Shown here piece by piece: positions 31,119 to 39,836 of a DNA stretch of 40,268 bases. The notes beneath the pieces were generated by a model. It did no database searches and was not told the DNA's origin. It was given only the letters and a program-made list of their open reading frames with translations. Origin of the DNA: Bacillota bacterium (GTDB taxonomy: Bacteria > Bacillota > Clostridia > Christensenellales > UBA1242); assembly GCA_009780625.1 (NCBI GenBank), contig WQZR01000001.1, positions 1 to 40,268 on the forward strand, read 5' to 3'. Made by a program: the position numbers and the translations under genes. Numbering within the stretch: the stretch's first letter is position 1; every line of letters starts with the position of its first letter.

Positions 31119-32207
31119 ATGAAAAAAATCAAGAGAATATTATTGCTTCCAGTGTTTGCTTTATTCTTCGGTGTTGTTCTTGTTGCCTGCGGAGGCGGCG
31201 GCGACACAACAACAGTTCCAATTGCTCCGCCATCTTTTGTGGCAGTGGCTGGAAACCAAAAGGTTGATTTAACTTGGGGCGGAAACAACACGTCAATTGA
31301 CCGCTACGAACTTTCAATAAACGGTGCTGCTTGGGCGAGTATTGGAAACACTCACACGCACACGCTTGAAAATCTGACAAATGGTCAATTATACACATTT
31401 AAACTAAGGGCAGTTAACTCTAAAGGTACAAGCCCAGAGTCAACTGCACAGGCAACGCCTGCAACAATTGCGTCTGCACCGCAAAGCGTAAACTTTGTTG
31501 TGACAGAAGATTCCATAACTCTTTCATGGTCGGCTTCTCCAAACAATGGAGGTGCAACAATAACAAAATATCAAATATCTGCAAACTTCGAAAACGCTGA
31601 AAACGGATTTGACAACATGACATGGAGAGATGTTTCTGCTTCAACAAGAACATACACATACGAAAACTTTATCTTCAGATTCGACCGAGAAACTGGCGAG
31701 TTTATTGAAGAAAACAACTGGACTTCAACCACTGTAGGTCAAGCTAACTCATTCTACATAAGAGCAGTAACCGCAGCAGGCAACGGGGAAGCAGTGAAAA
31801 TTGAAGCTTCACCAAAAGAATCATGGGGAACTGGTTTCACACAAGTTCCATATGCACCGCAAAACATTCAAGCAGTTGGCGGAAACGCTCAAGCCACTCT
31901 AACATGGTTCCAACCAATGTTCGATGGAGACCTTCCAATTCTTGGCTATAGAGTTATCATCATGGACGAAGTTAAAACAATTCAATCAGGGTGGTACGAC
32001 CAAGAGCAAACACAACCAGCATACGAACTTGACCTAACTGGTCTAAGTTGGGTTGATGTAGCCGGTGGTGCAACAGCACGTTCGCACACATTCTCAGGGC
32101 TTACAAACGGCACAACATATTGGGTATACGTTGTTGCAGTAAACGCAGACGGTCAAGGTAGGCTAGAACAACCAGGCGTCCTTGTTGAAGTCACACCAAA
32201 CGCATAA
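31119..32207 (+). CDS. Lipoprotein with three fibronectin type III-like domains
   Basis: Lipobox LVAC plus GGGGDTTT. Three units of P..(V/I).A..G....(L)(T/S)W...Y.....G..Y.(F/V).(V/L).AVN..G. Confidence 0.85.
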   Translation: MKKIKRILLLPVFALFFGVVLVACGGGGDTTTVPIAPPSFVAVAGNQKVDLTWGGNNTSIDRYELSINGAAWASIGNTHTHTLENLTNGQLYTFKLRAVNSKGTSPESTAQATPATIASAPQSVNFVVTEDSITLSWSASPNNGGATITKYQISANFENAENGFDNMTWRDVSASTRTYTYENFIFRFDRETGEFIEENNWTSTTVGQANSFYIRAVTAAGNGEAVKIEASPKESWGTGFTQVPYAPQNIQAVGGNAQATLTWFQPMFDGDLPILGYRVIIMDEVKTIQSGWYDQEQTQPAYELDLTGLSWVDVAGGATARSHTFSGLTNGTTYWVYVVAVNADGQGRLEQPGVLVEVTPNA

Positions 32208-32225
32208 ACAAAAACGGAGCAAAAA

Positions 32226-32249
32226 GAAACACCGCAAGGTGTTTTTTTG
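32226..32249 (+). terminator. Terminator after the FN3 lipoprotein gene
   Basis: ACACC-GCAA-GGTGT plus T7. Confidence 0.75.
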
Positions 32250-32324
32250 TTTATCTATTATTAAAACATTTGTTTTATAAATAAGACTTTGATATAATTA
32301 AGCATTAAAGATAGGGGAGTGTAT

Positions 32325-33149
32325 ATGAAAAAGAAGATGATTGTGAATGGGGTTGAAGTTTCAACTAGAAATAAAGGTAATGCTTTATATATTTCTTTAA
32401 CGGATATTGCAAGATTAAAAAATATTGAAGACCCTTCAGATGTGATTAAGAAATGGATGTCAAATAGAGATTCATTTGACTTCTATGGGCTATGGGAAGA
32501 GTTGTTTAACCCAGATTTTAATTCGGCGGAATTCAGCCGAATTAAAGTAAAAGAATCTGGCTACAACGCTTTTACGATGTCTCCAACTCAATGGAAAAAG
32601 AGAGTAAACGCGATTGGTATTATTCCAGGTGCGGGGAAATATAGTGAAGGAACATTTGCCCATCCAGACATTGCAATGGAATTTGCAAGTTGGATAGACA
32701 CAAGTTTTAAACTTTATTTAATAAAAGAATTCCAAAGGTTGAAGGTAAAAGAAAGAGAACAACTCGAGTGGGATGCAAAAAGAGAACTTTCGAAAATAAA
32801 CTATCGCATTCAGACAGACGCGATTAAAACAAATCTAATTGTTCCGACCTTAACTCCAAAACAAATAAATTTTGTTTATGCATCAGAAGGGGATAGATTG
32901 AATGTCTGCTTGTTTGGAAAGACTGCTGCAGAGTGGCGCGAAGAGAACCCAGACCAAAAAGGTAATGTGAGAGATTATGCAAACATCCAACAACTGTTGG
33001 TTATTGCAAATATGGAAAGTTATAACGCCGCAATGATAAACGAAGGAATAAAACCAGAAGAAAGAACAAAAAAGCTAAACGACATGGCGAGACATCAAAT
33101 GCATGTGCTGCTCCAATCATCAAGTAAGTTGCTACTTGAAAACAAATAA
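32325..33149 (+). CDS. KilA-N domain-containing protein
   Basis: YISLTDIARLKN...GTFAHPDIAMEFASWIDTSFKLYLIKEFQRLK is the KilA-N pattern. SD GGGGAG. The ATG at 32325 is preferred over the GTG at 32319. Confidence 0.78.
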   Translation: MKKKMIVNGVEVSTRNKGNALYISLTDIARLKNIEDPSDVIKKWMSNRDSFDFYGLWEELFNPDFNSAEFSRIKVKESGYNAFTMSPTQWKKRVNAIGIIPGAGKYSEGTFAHPDIAMEFASWIDTSFKLYLIKEFQRLKVKEREQLEWDAKRELSKINYRIQTDAIKTNLIVPTLTPKQINFVYASEGDRLNVCLFGKTAAEWREENPDQKGNVRDYANIQQLLVIANMESYNAAMINEGIKPEERTKKLNDMARHQMHVLLQSSSKLLLENK

Positions 33150-33266
33150 ATTCAAACAAGACGGGGGAATGTAAAAAACACCTTTCGGTATTTTTTGTTT
33201 ATTGGGAAATGTCGTTGCGAAAAATGGAGAATTTTGGTAAACTAATAAAGTTATAAGGAGAATTAT

Positions 33267-34130
33267 ATGTGTTGGGAAATTGTCAGTGCTATAGGGAGTT
33301 TGTTATCTGGGCTTGGTATTATTGTAGCTATAGTAGCATATCTTCTAAGCAAAAAGAAGTTTGAAGTCGACATTGACTTTAAGCGAAAAGAAAACGCTAT
33401 ACAAATTGCCGAGAGATATACTAGCATGATAAACAGTATTACATTTATAACTGTTCTTTATCAAGAGTTTCGTAAAAAAACAGCGAATATAAATTTTGGA
33501 ACTGCTCCAGTTAGGAAATACATTGAAACTCATAAAGTTGAACAACTGCTTTTTAACAAAAAAGAGTATGACCAAATATACGGTAAAGATAAAGATATTT
33601 TTTCTGAGATATTAGATATAGTTGACAAAGACAAAACTTTATTCTTAGAAATATACACAATGTTTCATGATGACGATGCTGCTGTAATCAAAAAACTAAC
33701 TGATAATATTGCAAAGATTGGAGACAAAACAAGTGAAGAATATTTTGAGTTTTCTAGAATTTGGAGTAAGTTTCAATGTATACCTATGGATACACTAAAT
33801 GAAATAGAAGCTATATGTATGAGTTTTAATTGCAAAATAGCTGATGAGATGATTGTCTTTAAATCGCTTCATCAGACACTATTGGACTTAATTTTACTTA
33901 TGTTCCCAGTTATAGCAATCAGAAATAAATCTTCCGCAAGAAAATACTTTACGCACACCATAGAGCTCTATAATAGATGGAATGGAATGTATAAAGAAAA
34001 CTTCAGATTAGAGCAGAGTATTGAAAAAGAAAAAGAAGAACAGAAAAAGAATATTGAAAAGAGTGCTAGTGAAAAGGCTACGAAGCTTGAACATGAGTTA
34101 ACAAAGACACCTAAAATAAAGCAAAAATAG
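33267..34130 (+). CDS. Hypothetical N-terminally membrane-anchored protein with a Lys/Glu-rich C-terminus
   Basis: SD AAGGAGA and N-terminal TM helix IGSLLSGLGIIVAIVAYLL. AT-rich. No catalytic motif seen. Confidence 0.65.
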   Translation: MCWEIVSAIGSLLSGLGIIVAIVAYLLSKKKFEVDIDFKRKENAIQIAERYTSMINSITFITVLYQEFRKKTANINFGTAPVRKYIETHKVEQLLFNKKEYDQIYGKDKDIFSEILDIVDKDKTLFLEIYTMFHDDDAAVIKKLTDNIAKIGDKTSEEYFEFSRIWSKFQCIPMDTLNEIEAICMSFNCKIADEMIVFKSLHQTLLDLILLMFPVIAIRNKSSARKYFTHTIELYNRWNGMYKENFRLEQSIEKEKEEQKKNIEKSASEKATKLEHELTKTPKIKQK

Positions 34131-34142
34131 CAAGGTTTCGTC

Positions 34143-34180
34143 TTGAATAATATAATAGATTGATGGTATAATATCATCAA
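34143..34180 (+). promoter_or_regulatory. Promoter TTGAAT-18-TGgTATAAT with the inverted repeat TTGATG-N9-CATCAA straddling the -10
   Basis: Read directly. Palindrome arms at 34160-34165 and 34175-34180. Confidence 0.5.
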
Positions 34181-34200
34181 ATAGGGAGGAGTAGAAAATT

Positions 34201-34227
34201 ATGTGGTCACCTGTTGTAGATTTATAA
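34201..34227 (+). other. 8-codon micro-ORF (MWSPVVDL) with its own promoter, strong SD and terminator
   Basis: AGGGAGGAG SD 8-9 nt upstream of the ATG. TAA is followed directly by a terminator hairpin. Confidence 0.3.
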
Positions 34228-34230
34228 ATA

Positions 34231-34252
34231 AAACGCCGCAAGGCGTTTTTTC
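34231..34252 (+). terminator. Terminator directly after the 8-codon micro-ORF
   Basis: ACGCC-GCAA-GGCGT plus T6. Confidence 0.75.
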
Positions 34253-34275
34253 ATTATTTTCCCATATCAAATCAT

Positions 34276-34305
34276 TTGTCGAATATAAGGGGGCAGTGAT
34301 AGAAT
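34276..34305 (+). promoter_or_regulatory. Promoter TTGTCG-18-TGaTAGAAT for the NifU-like/GGGtGRT operon
   Basis: Read directly. Confidence 0.5.
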
Positions 34306-34333
34306 GGGTAATGAGAATTTTTAGGAGGTAGAA

Positions 34334-35032
34334 ATGTCATTTCACGAATCAGAACACATTAGAGGATGCACAAAAGTTTCTCGCGGCGCAAACCACGCAA
34401 GCAACCCAATTCCTCAAGAAGGCAAGTGGGTTGTAAACAAAGATATTAAAGATATATCTGGGTTTTCTCACGGAGTTGGCGGATGCGCACCACAACAAGG
34501 CGCTTGCAAACTGACTCTAAACATTAAAAACGGAATAATTGAGGAGGCTCTAATCGAGGTTATTGGTTGCAGTGGCATGACGCACTCAGCAGCAATCGCG
34601 GGAGAAATTCTTCCAGGCAAAACATTGCTTGAAGCATTAAACACAGACCTTGTTTGCGACGCAATAAACGTTGCAATGCGCGAACTGTTTTTGCAGATTG
34701 TTTATGGAAGAACACAATCAGCGTTCTCAGAAGACGGGCTGGAAATCGGTGCCGGAATGGACGACCTTGGAAAAGGTATGATTTCGCAAGTTGGAACAAC
34801 ATACACAACAAAAACAAAAGGTGTAAGATACCTGCAAACAACAGAAGGGTATATAACCAAAATGGGCTTAGACGAAAACGACGAAGTAATCGGCTACGAA
34901 TATGTTGCAATTGGCAAAATGTTTGAAGACATCAAAAAAGGCAAATCGCCTGAAGAAGCGTTAAAGAATAACACAAAAACATATGGTCGCTTTAACGAAG
35001 CAGTGAAGACTGTGGACCCAAGAAAGGAGTAG
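34334..35032 (+). CDS. NifU/IscU N-terminal-domain-like Fe-S scaffold-type protein
   Basis: GVGGCAPQQGACKLTLNIKNGIIEEALIEVIGCSGMTHSAAIAGEILPGKTLLEAL resembles the IscU fold with 3-4 conserved Cys. SD AGGAGG. Confidence 0.65.
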   Translation: MSFHESEHIRGCTKVSRGANHASNPIPQEGKWVVNKDIKDISGFSHGVGGCAPQQGACKLTLNIKNGIIEEALIEVIGCSGMTHSAAIAGEILPGKTLLEALNTDLVCDAINVAMRELFLQIVYGRTQSAFSEDGLEIGAGMDDLGKGMISQVGTTYTTKTKGVRYLQTTEGYITKMGLDENDEVIGYEYVAIGKMFEDIKKGKSPEEALKNNTKTYGRFNEAVKTVDPRKE

Positions 35033-35035
35033 GCT

Positions 35036-36031
35036 ATGAGCATGTTTGAAGGATATGAAAAACGCATAAAAGGCGTAAATGAATTTTTAAAAGCAAATAA
35101 AATTAAAGATTTAAATGATGCAAAAGCAATCTGCGATAAAGCAGGAATTGATGTTAGCGCAACTGTTAGAGGAATTCAACCAATATGTTTTGATAACGCA
35201 GTTTGGGCATACACAGCAGGTGTTGCAACTGCTTTAACAAGAGGAGTGAAAGGTGCAGCAGATGCAGCAAGAGTGATTGGCGAAGGGCTTCAAGCGTTCT
35301 GCGTTCCAGGTTCTGTAGCTTTTGAAAGAAAGGTTGGGCTAGGGCACGGAAACCTTGCAGCAATGCTTCTTACAGACGAAACAAAAAGCTTCTGCTTCCT
35401 TGCAGGGCACGAGTCATACGCAGCAGCAGAAGGCGCAATTGGAATTGCGTTAACTGCAAATAAAGCGCGTAAAACGCCTCTAAAGGTTGTTCTAAATGGT
35501 TTAGGAAAAGATGCGGCACAGATTATTGCTCGTATCAACGGCTTTACATACACAAAAACTTATTTCTGCCACGAGAAGTTGACGCTTAAAGTTCTAGAGC
35601 AAAAAGTATACAGCAAAGGTCCAAGAGCAGCTGTTGTGGTTTATGGTGCAGATGATGTTCTTGAAGGCGTTGCAATCATGAAACACGAGAATATCGACGT
35701 TTCAATCACAGGAAACTCAACAAACCCAGCACGTTTCCAACACCCAGTTGCTGGAACATATAAGAAGTGGACAGTTGAAAACGGAAGAAAATATTTCAGC
35801 GTAGCCTCAGGCGGCGGAACTGGAAGAACTCTTCACCCAGATAACGTTGGAGCGGGACCAGCATCATATGGTCTGACAGACACAATGGGCAGAATGCATA
35901 GTGATGCACAGTTTGCGGGCAGTTCGTCTGTTCCTGCACACGTGGATATGATGGGCTTCCTTGGAATGGGGAACAACCCAATTGTTGGAGCATCAGTTGC
36001 ACTAGCAGTTGCGATATCACAACTTAAATAA
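35036..36031 (+). CDS. GGGtGRT family protein (uncharacterised conserved family)
   Basis: Literal GGGTGRT motif encoded at 35810-35830, about 330 aa. SD AAGGAG, coupled to the upstream gene. Confidence 0.85.
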   Translation: MSMFEGYEKRIKGVNEFLKANKIKDLNDAKAICDKAGIDVSATVRGIQPICFDNAVWAYTAGVATALTRGVKGAADAARVIGEGLQAFCVPGSVAFERKVGLGHGNLAAMLLTDETKSFCFLAGHESYAAAEGAIGIALTANKARKTPLKVVLNGLGKDAAQIIARINGFTYTKTYFCHEKLTLKVLEQKVYSKGPRAAVVVYGADDVLEGVAIMKHENIDVSITGNSTNPARFQHPVAGTYKKWTVENGRKYFSVASGGGTGRTLHPDNVGAGPASYGLTDTMGRMHSDAQFAGSSSVPAHVDMMGFLGMGNNPIVGASVALAVAISQLK

Positions 36032-36035
36032 AACA

Positions 36036-36060
36036 AAAAACGCCACTCGGCGTTTTTTTA
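36036..36060. terminator. Bidirectional terminator between the GGGtGRT gene and gpmI
   Basis: AACGCC-ACTC-GGCGTT flanked by A6 and T7. Confidence 0.8.
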
Positions 36061-37596
36061 TTATTTTATAATCGGTTCGTTGAAGTGTGGGCTGACTGGA
36101 ACTCTTAATAATTTGCAAATTGTTGCAGCGAGGTTTGTAAGCCCAAACTCGCCCTGTTTCATAATAATATCAGCAGGTGAGATAACAATGCACGGAACAA
36201 GAGCGTTTGTGTGATTGGAGTTAGGCGTGCCGTCTTTGTTCACCATAAACTCTGCACTGCCATGGTCCGACGTGATTATTATGTTCACCTTTTCTTTTAT
36301 GCAAAATCTAGCCAAAACTCCAATCCATTCATCAACAGTTTTGCAAGCAAGAACCGTTGCATCAAAATCACCAGTGTGTCCAACCATATCAGGGTTAGCA
36401 AGATTTAATTTAATAAAATCATATTTATCGCTCTGGATTGCTTCAATTGCATCTTTAACAATCTTTTCAGTTTGCATTTTCGGTGCCTTGTTATACATGT
36501 TAAACAGAACATCACTTGTAAATTCTTTCCAGTTTTCAAGTTTTGTGTCAAACGGTGCTGCGCGGTTACCATTAAAGTAATACGTCAAGTGCCCAAATTT
36601 AACAGTCTCAGTCACGCTGTATTGCCTAACGCCATGCTTACAAAGCCATTCAGTAAGTCCGTTTTTAATCACAGGCGGCTGGCAAAGATAAAGGTTAGGG
36701 AGGTTGTCTTCTGCATCATACTGAAGAACTCCAGCAAACAAGCATTTGTCTATTGCACTATATAACTCAGGAGTGAGAAACTTTCCACGCTCAAACATCT
36801 TGCATGTTCCAACTGCTCTGTCGCCGCGATAGTTCAGCATAAGAACTGAATCACCGTTTTTGATTAGAAGTTCTGGTTCCAGAATATATGGGTTAAGAGT
36901 TTCGTCTGTCATGCTTGGGTTTTTTCTATATTCAATTTTCACAGCCATGTGTATGTCCGAAACAACTGGGGCATCACCTAATGCACAAACCTTAATGCCG
37001 TCTATATATAAATTGATATTAGATTCATATCTATCCATAAACAATTTGCCGCGCCCGCCAACTGTTGCAATCTTTGCATCAACTCCGCATTGTTTAATCT
37101 TTTCGCGAGTTAAATCAATATATTTTAAAACGCTCTGTGTTCCAACATCTCTGCCATCTGCCAAGGCATGAATAGCAACTTGAATATTTTCTTTTGCACA
37201 GTTTTCTAGAAGTTTCATGAGATGCTCAAAGCAACTGTGAGTGTTTCCATCGCTTAGAAGAAAAATCACGTTTAGTTTTGTTTTTTTTGCGTTCTCTGCA
37301 AGTTTTTTCCAACTTTCAGTTTTAAAGATTTCACCAGTTTCAAACGATTCATTCACAAGGCTTAAACCCTGTTTGATATATTGTCCGCTTCCGATTGCGT
37401 TGTGTCCAACTTCGCTGTTGCCAGCGTCCGATTCACTAGCAAGACCAACTTCAAGCCCGCTTGCTTTCAAACTTGTGCTTGTCATCCAATCAAACGCTGT
37501 CCAAAGGTCTTCCATTTTTGCAGCATGAACTGCGTTTCCTTCTTCCTCTGGGTTTATACCCAATCCGTCAATGATACATAATACTGTTTTTTTCAT
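36061..37596 (-). CDS. gpmI: 2,3-bisphosphoglycerate-independent phosphoglycerate mutase
   Basis: LCIIDGLG, NSEVGHNAIGSG, ANPDMVGHTG, ITSDHG. 511 aa. Confidence 0.95.
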   Translation of the reverse strand: MKKTVLCIIDGLGINPEEEGNAVHAAKMEDLWTAFDWMTSTSLKASGLEVGLASESDAGNSEVGHNAIGSGQYIKQGLSLVNESFETGEIFKTESWKKLAENAKKTKLNVIFLLSDGNTHSCFEHLMKLLENCAKENIQVAIHALADGRDVGTQSVLKYIDLTREKIKQCGVDAKIATVGGRGKLFMDRYESNINLYIDGIKVCALGDAPVVSDIHMAVKIEYRKNPSMTDETLNPYILEPELLIKNGDSVLMLNYRGDRAVGTCKMFERGKFLTPELYSAIDKCLFAGVLQYDAEDNLPNLYLCQPPVIKNGLTEWLCKHGVRQYSVTETVKFGHLTYYFNGNRAAPFDTKLENWKEFTSDVLFNMYNKAPKMQTEKIVKDAIEAIQSDKYDFIKLNLANPDMVGHTGDFDATVLACKTVDEWIGVLARFCIKEKVNIIITSDHGSAEFMVNKDGTPNSNHTNALVPCIVISPADIIMKQGEFGLTNLAATICKLLRVPVSPHFNEPIIK

Positions 37597-37670
37597 TTTT
37601 TTCTCCCAAATTTCATATAATTTAACAATAACCAGTCTAACACGAAAACGCTCAAAGCGAGCTCAACAGA

Positions 37671-37699
37671 TTGACAAAATAGGCATTTTCGTGTATAAT
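37671..37699 (+). promoter_or_regulatory. Consensus promoter TTGACA-17-TATAAT, 9 nt before the ATG at 37709
   Basis: Read directly. Implies a very short leader or none. Confidence 0.6.
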
Positions 37700-37708
37700 C
37701 GGGAGATT

Positions 37709-38944
37709 ATGGAAAATAATAAAGGGCCCGTCTATTACTTAGGCAGGCGACAATCGGACATAGTCACCACCTTCGATGCAGACGAAACAGACACATTTTT
37801 CAAAGGCAGCATCACTTGTTACGGAGATGGTAAAGACGGAAATATCTCGTATAACTCACATAGTGGAATACAATTATCAGACGACGACAGCAAATATGGT
37901 TCGCGAAACAAAGCGATATACACCAAGTTTTTTTCTGCACAATGCAGAAATGTTATAGAAAAAGACCCTGATGCTTTTTTTATGCCCTTTAGTGATTATT
38001 TTGCACAAATGGTGCCAGAAGAATTTAAAGATAGAATCATTTGTTTTAACAACCTTAAAGCAATCACATGGCTAAGTTCAAAAATAAATTTCAGAAAACT
38101 GGTTGAGAAAGTGATTCCAGTTCCTTCGTATAAAATCATGAAAGGTTCAAAGGTTCTTAAGCTTATTGAAAGCGGGGAGTATCCAACAAAACAGCAGGTA
38201 GCCGTTCAAGCAGAATATACTTCTGGTGGTGAAGAAACATTCCTTCTAACACGTAAGTATTTCGAAGAAGAAGGATATGCAAAAAAAATCAAATCTAAAA
38301 TTGATTCAAAACAAGAATATCTTGTGAGTGAATATATCGAAAACATCGGCTCAGTCGGAATTCAAATGCAGATTTCAAACAACGAAATTGCGTTGTATCC
38401 ACCGAGCATTCAGGTTATGAAAGGTCCAGTGTATATTGGAAGTGACCTTGTTGCCTACACAAAACTAGACGAAGAAGTTAAAGAGAAGTGCGAAGAGATT
38501 GCACAAGAGTTTGGATATATTCTTCAAAACCTAGATAAGTTGAGAATAAAAAGACCAGGTTTCAAAAACGCAAAGATTCGCGGATTTATTGGCATCGACG
38601 TGATTGTTGGAAAAGATGGCAAAGTTTATGCGATTGAAACAAACCCAAGGTTCACTGGTGCAACTGGGCTATTGAACATTCTAAGCCACATGGCAGAACA
38701 AGGTTCAGTTTATGAACACGCATACCAAGCGTTCTACGACAAGAAAACAAGCCTAACAAGAAAGTTTAAAAAGATTGAACCACTTGGAAGAAAGAAATAT
38801 GCCGACGAAGACGGCAAGGAAGGGTATGAGCAAGAAGGCCTAGACGAAACAGTTCACAGAGAAGAAGGCTGCTATACTCACGCGATTTTTGAAAGAGTTA
38901 GAAAAAGAAAGTTTAATATTTTCGAAAAAAAGAAAAAGAAGTAA
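37709..38944 (+). CDS. ATP-grasp domain protein (unknown ligase)
   Basis: RGFIGIDVIVGKDGKVYAIETNPRFTGATG ATP-grasp C-terminal motif. The long ORF from 37571 overlaps gpmI, and the ATG at 37709 follows a consensus promoter. Confidence 0.7.
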   Translation: MENNKGPVYYLGRRQSDIVTTFDADETDTFFKGSITCYGDGKDGNISYNSHSGIQLSDDDSKYGSRNKAIYTKFFSAQCRNVIEKDPDAFFMPFSDYFAQMVPEEFKDRIICFNNLKAITWLSSKINFRKLVEKVIPVPSYKIMKGSKVLKLIESGEYPTKQQVAVQAEYTSGGEETFLLTRKYFEEEGYAKKIKSKIDSKQEYLVSEYIENIGSVGIQMQISNNEIALYPPSIQVMKGPVYIGSDLVAYTKLDEEVKEKCEEIAQEFGYILQNLDKLRIKRPGFKNAKIRGFIGIDVIVGKDGKVYAIETNPRFTGATGLLNILSHMAEQGSVYEHAYQAFYDKKTSLTRKFKKIEPLGRKKYADEDGKEGYEQEGLDETVHREEGCYTHAIFERVRKRKFNIFEKKKKK

Positions 38945-38948
38945 GCAT

Positions 38949-39809
38949 ATGAAAAAATTATTATGGCTAATTTTCGAAGAGGTGACACTGCAAAAAGAAC
39001 CTCTTATGAAAGAATTTGATAAATTGAAAGTGAACTATGAAGTTTTCACTGCACAACTTTTTTCTTTTGAAGAAGGAAAACTTTTATATGAAGGCAAAGA
39101 ACTTACACATCTTCCAAACTTGGTTCTTCTAAGATGCGGAATTGGAATTGAAGAACAAATGCACGACTATTTTTGGGAACGTAATATTAGAGTTATCGAC
39201 AACGCAGTTTGCCACCACAACTGCGATGATAAATATAACTTTCATATGTTGATGGAAGACAACAACATTGCACAACCAAGAACTTTATTTTTTGACATGA
39301 AAGTGTCATATAGACAAATTGCAAAAATACTTGGTCCAAAATTTGTTATAAAAGACAGGTTTGGTCAACAAGGGCAGGGTGTGTTTTTGGTTAATAACGA
39401 AAAAGAATTTAGCGATGTTTATAGTAAATTTGAGATTGGACACTTATTCTTCCAAGAGTTTGTTGCCGAATCTAGCGGAAAAGATTTAAGGACATATATT
39501 GTTGGCGACGAAGTTATCGGTGCAATTTTGCGTGTCTCCGAAAACGACTTTAGGTCAAACATTTCACTTGGTGCAAAGCCAGTGGCATATGAGCTTTCAA
39601 AAGAACAAATTGAGAATTCAATCAAGATTGCAAAAGTTCTAAACGGAGAAATAATATCTGTTGACTTTCTAATCAAAAACAATGGCGAGTTGCTTTTCTG
39701 CGAAGCAAACACAAACGCGGGCATTGCATCGTTTATTCAATCGGGTTTTCCAATTGCAGAGAAGATTGCGGCATATGTTTATGGCATCTTTGAAGGTATT
39801 GATTTTTAA
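38949..39809 (+). CDS. RimK-type ATP-grasp ligase (alpha-L-glutamate ligase-like)
   Basis: KDRFGQQGQGVFLV, QEFVAESSGKDLRTYIVGDEVIGAILR, DFRSNISLGAKP, SVDFL...LLFCEANTNAG. Confidence 0.8.
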   Translation: MKKLLWLIFEEVTLQKEPLMKEFDKLKVNYEVFTAQLFSFEEGKLLYEGKELTHLPNLVLLRCGIGIEEQMHDYFWERNIRVIDNAVCHHNCDDKYNFHMLMEDNNIAQPRTLFFDMKVSYRQIAKILGPKFVIKDRFGQQGQGVFLVNNEKEFSDVYSKFEIGHLFFQEFVAESSGKDLRTYIVGDEVIGAILRVSENDFRSNISLGAKPVAYELSKEQIENSIKIAKVLNGEIISVDFLIKNNGELLFCEANTNAGIASFIQSGFPIAEKIAAYVYGIFEGIDF

Positions 39810-39836
39810 TTTGCAAAGTGGTAAAATTGACACATA

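Noticed and set aside
34201-34252. The micro-ORF plus terminator as a classical amino-acid attenuator of the NifU-like operon
   Set aside because: There is only a single Trp codon, I could not find an alternative antiterminator pairing, and an independent promoter lies between the terminator and the operon. It is retained as an unexplained unit, not as a called attenuator.
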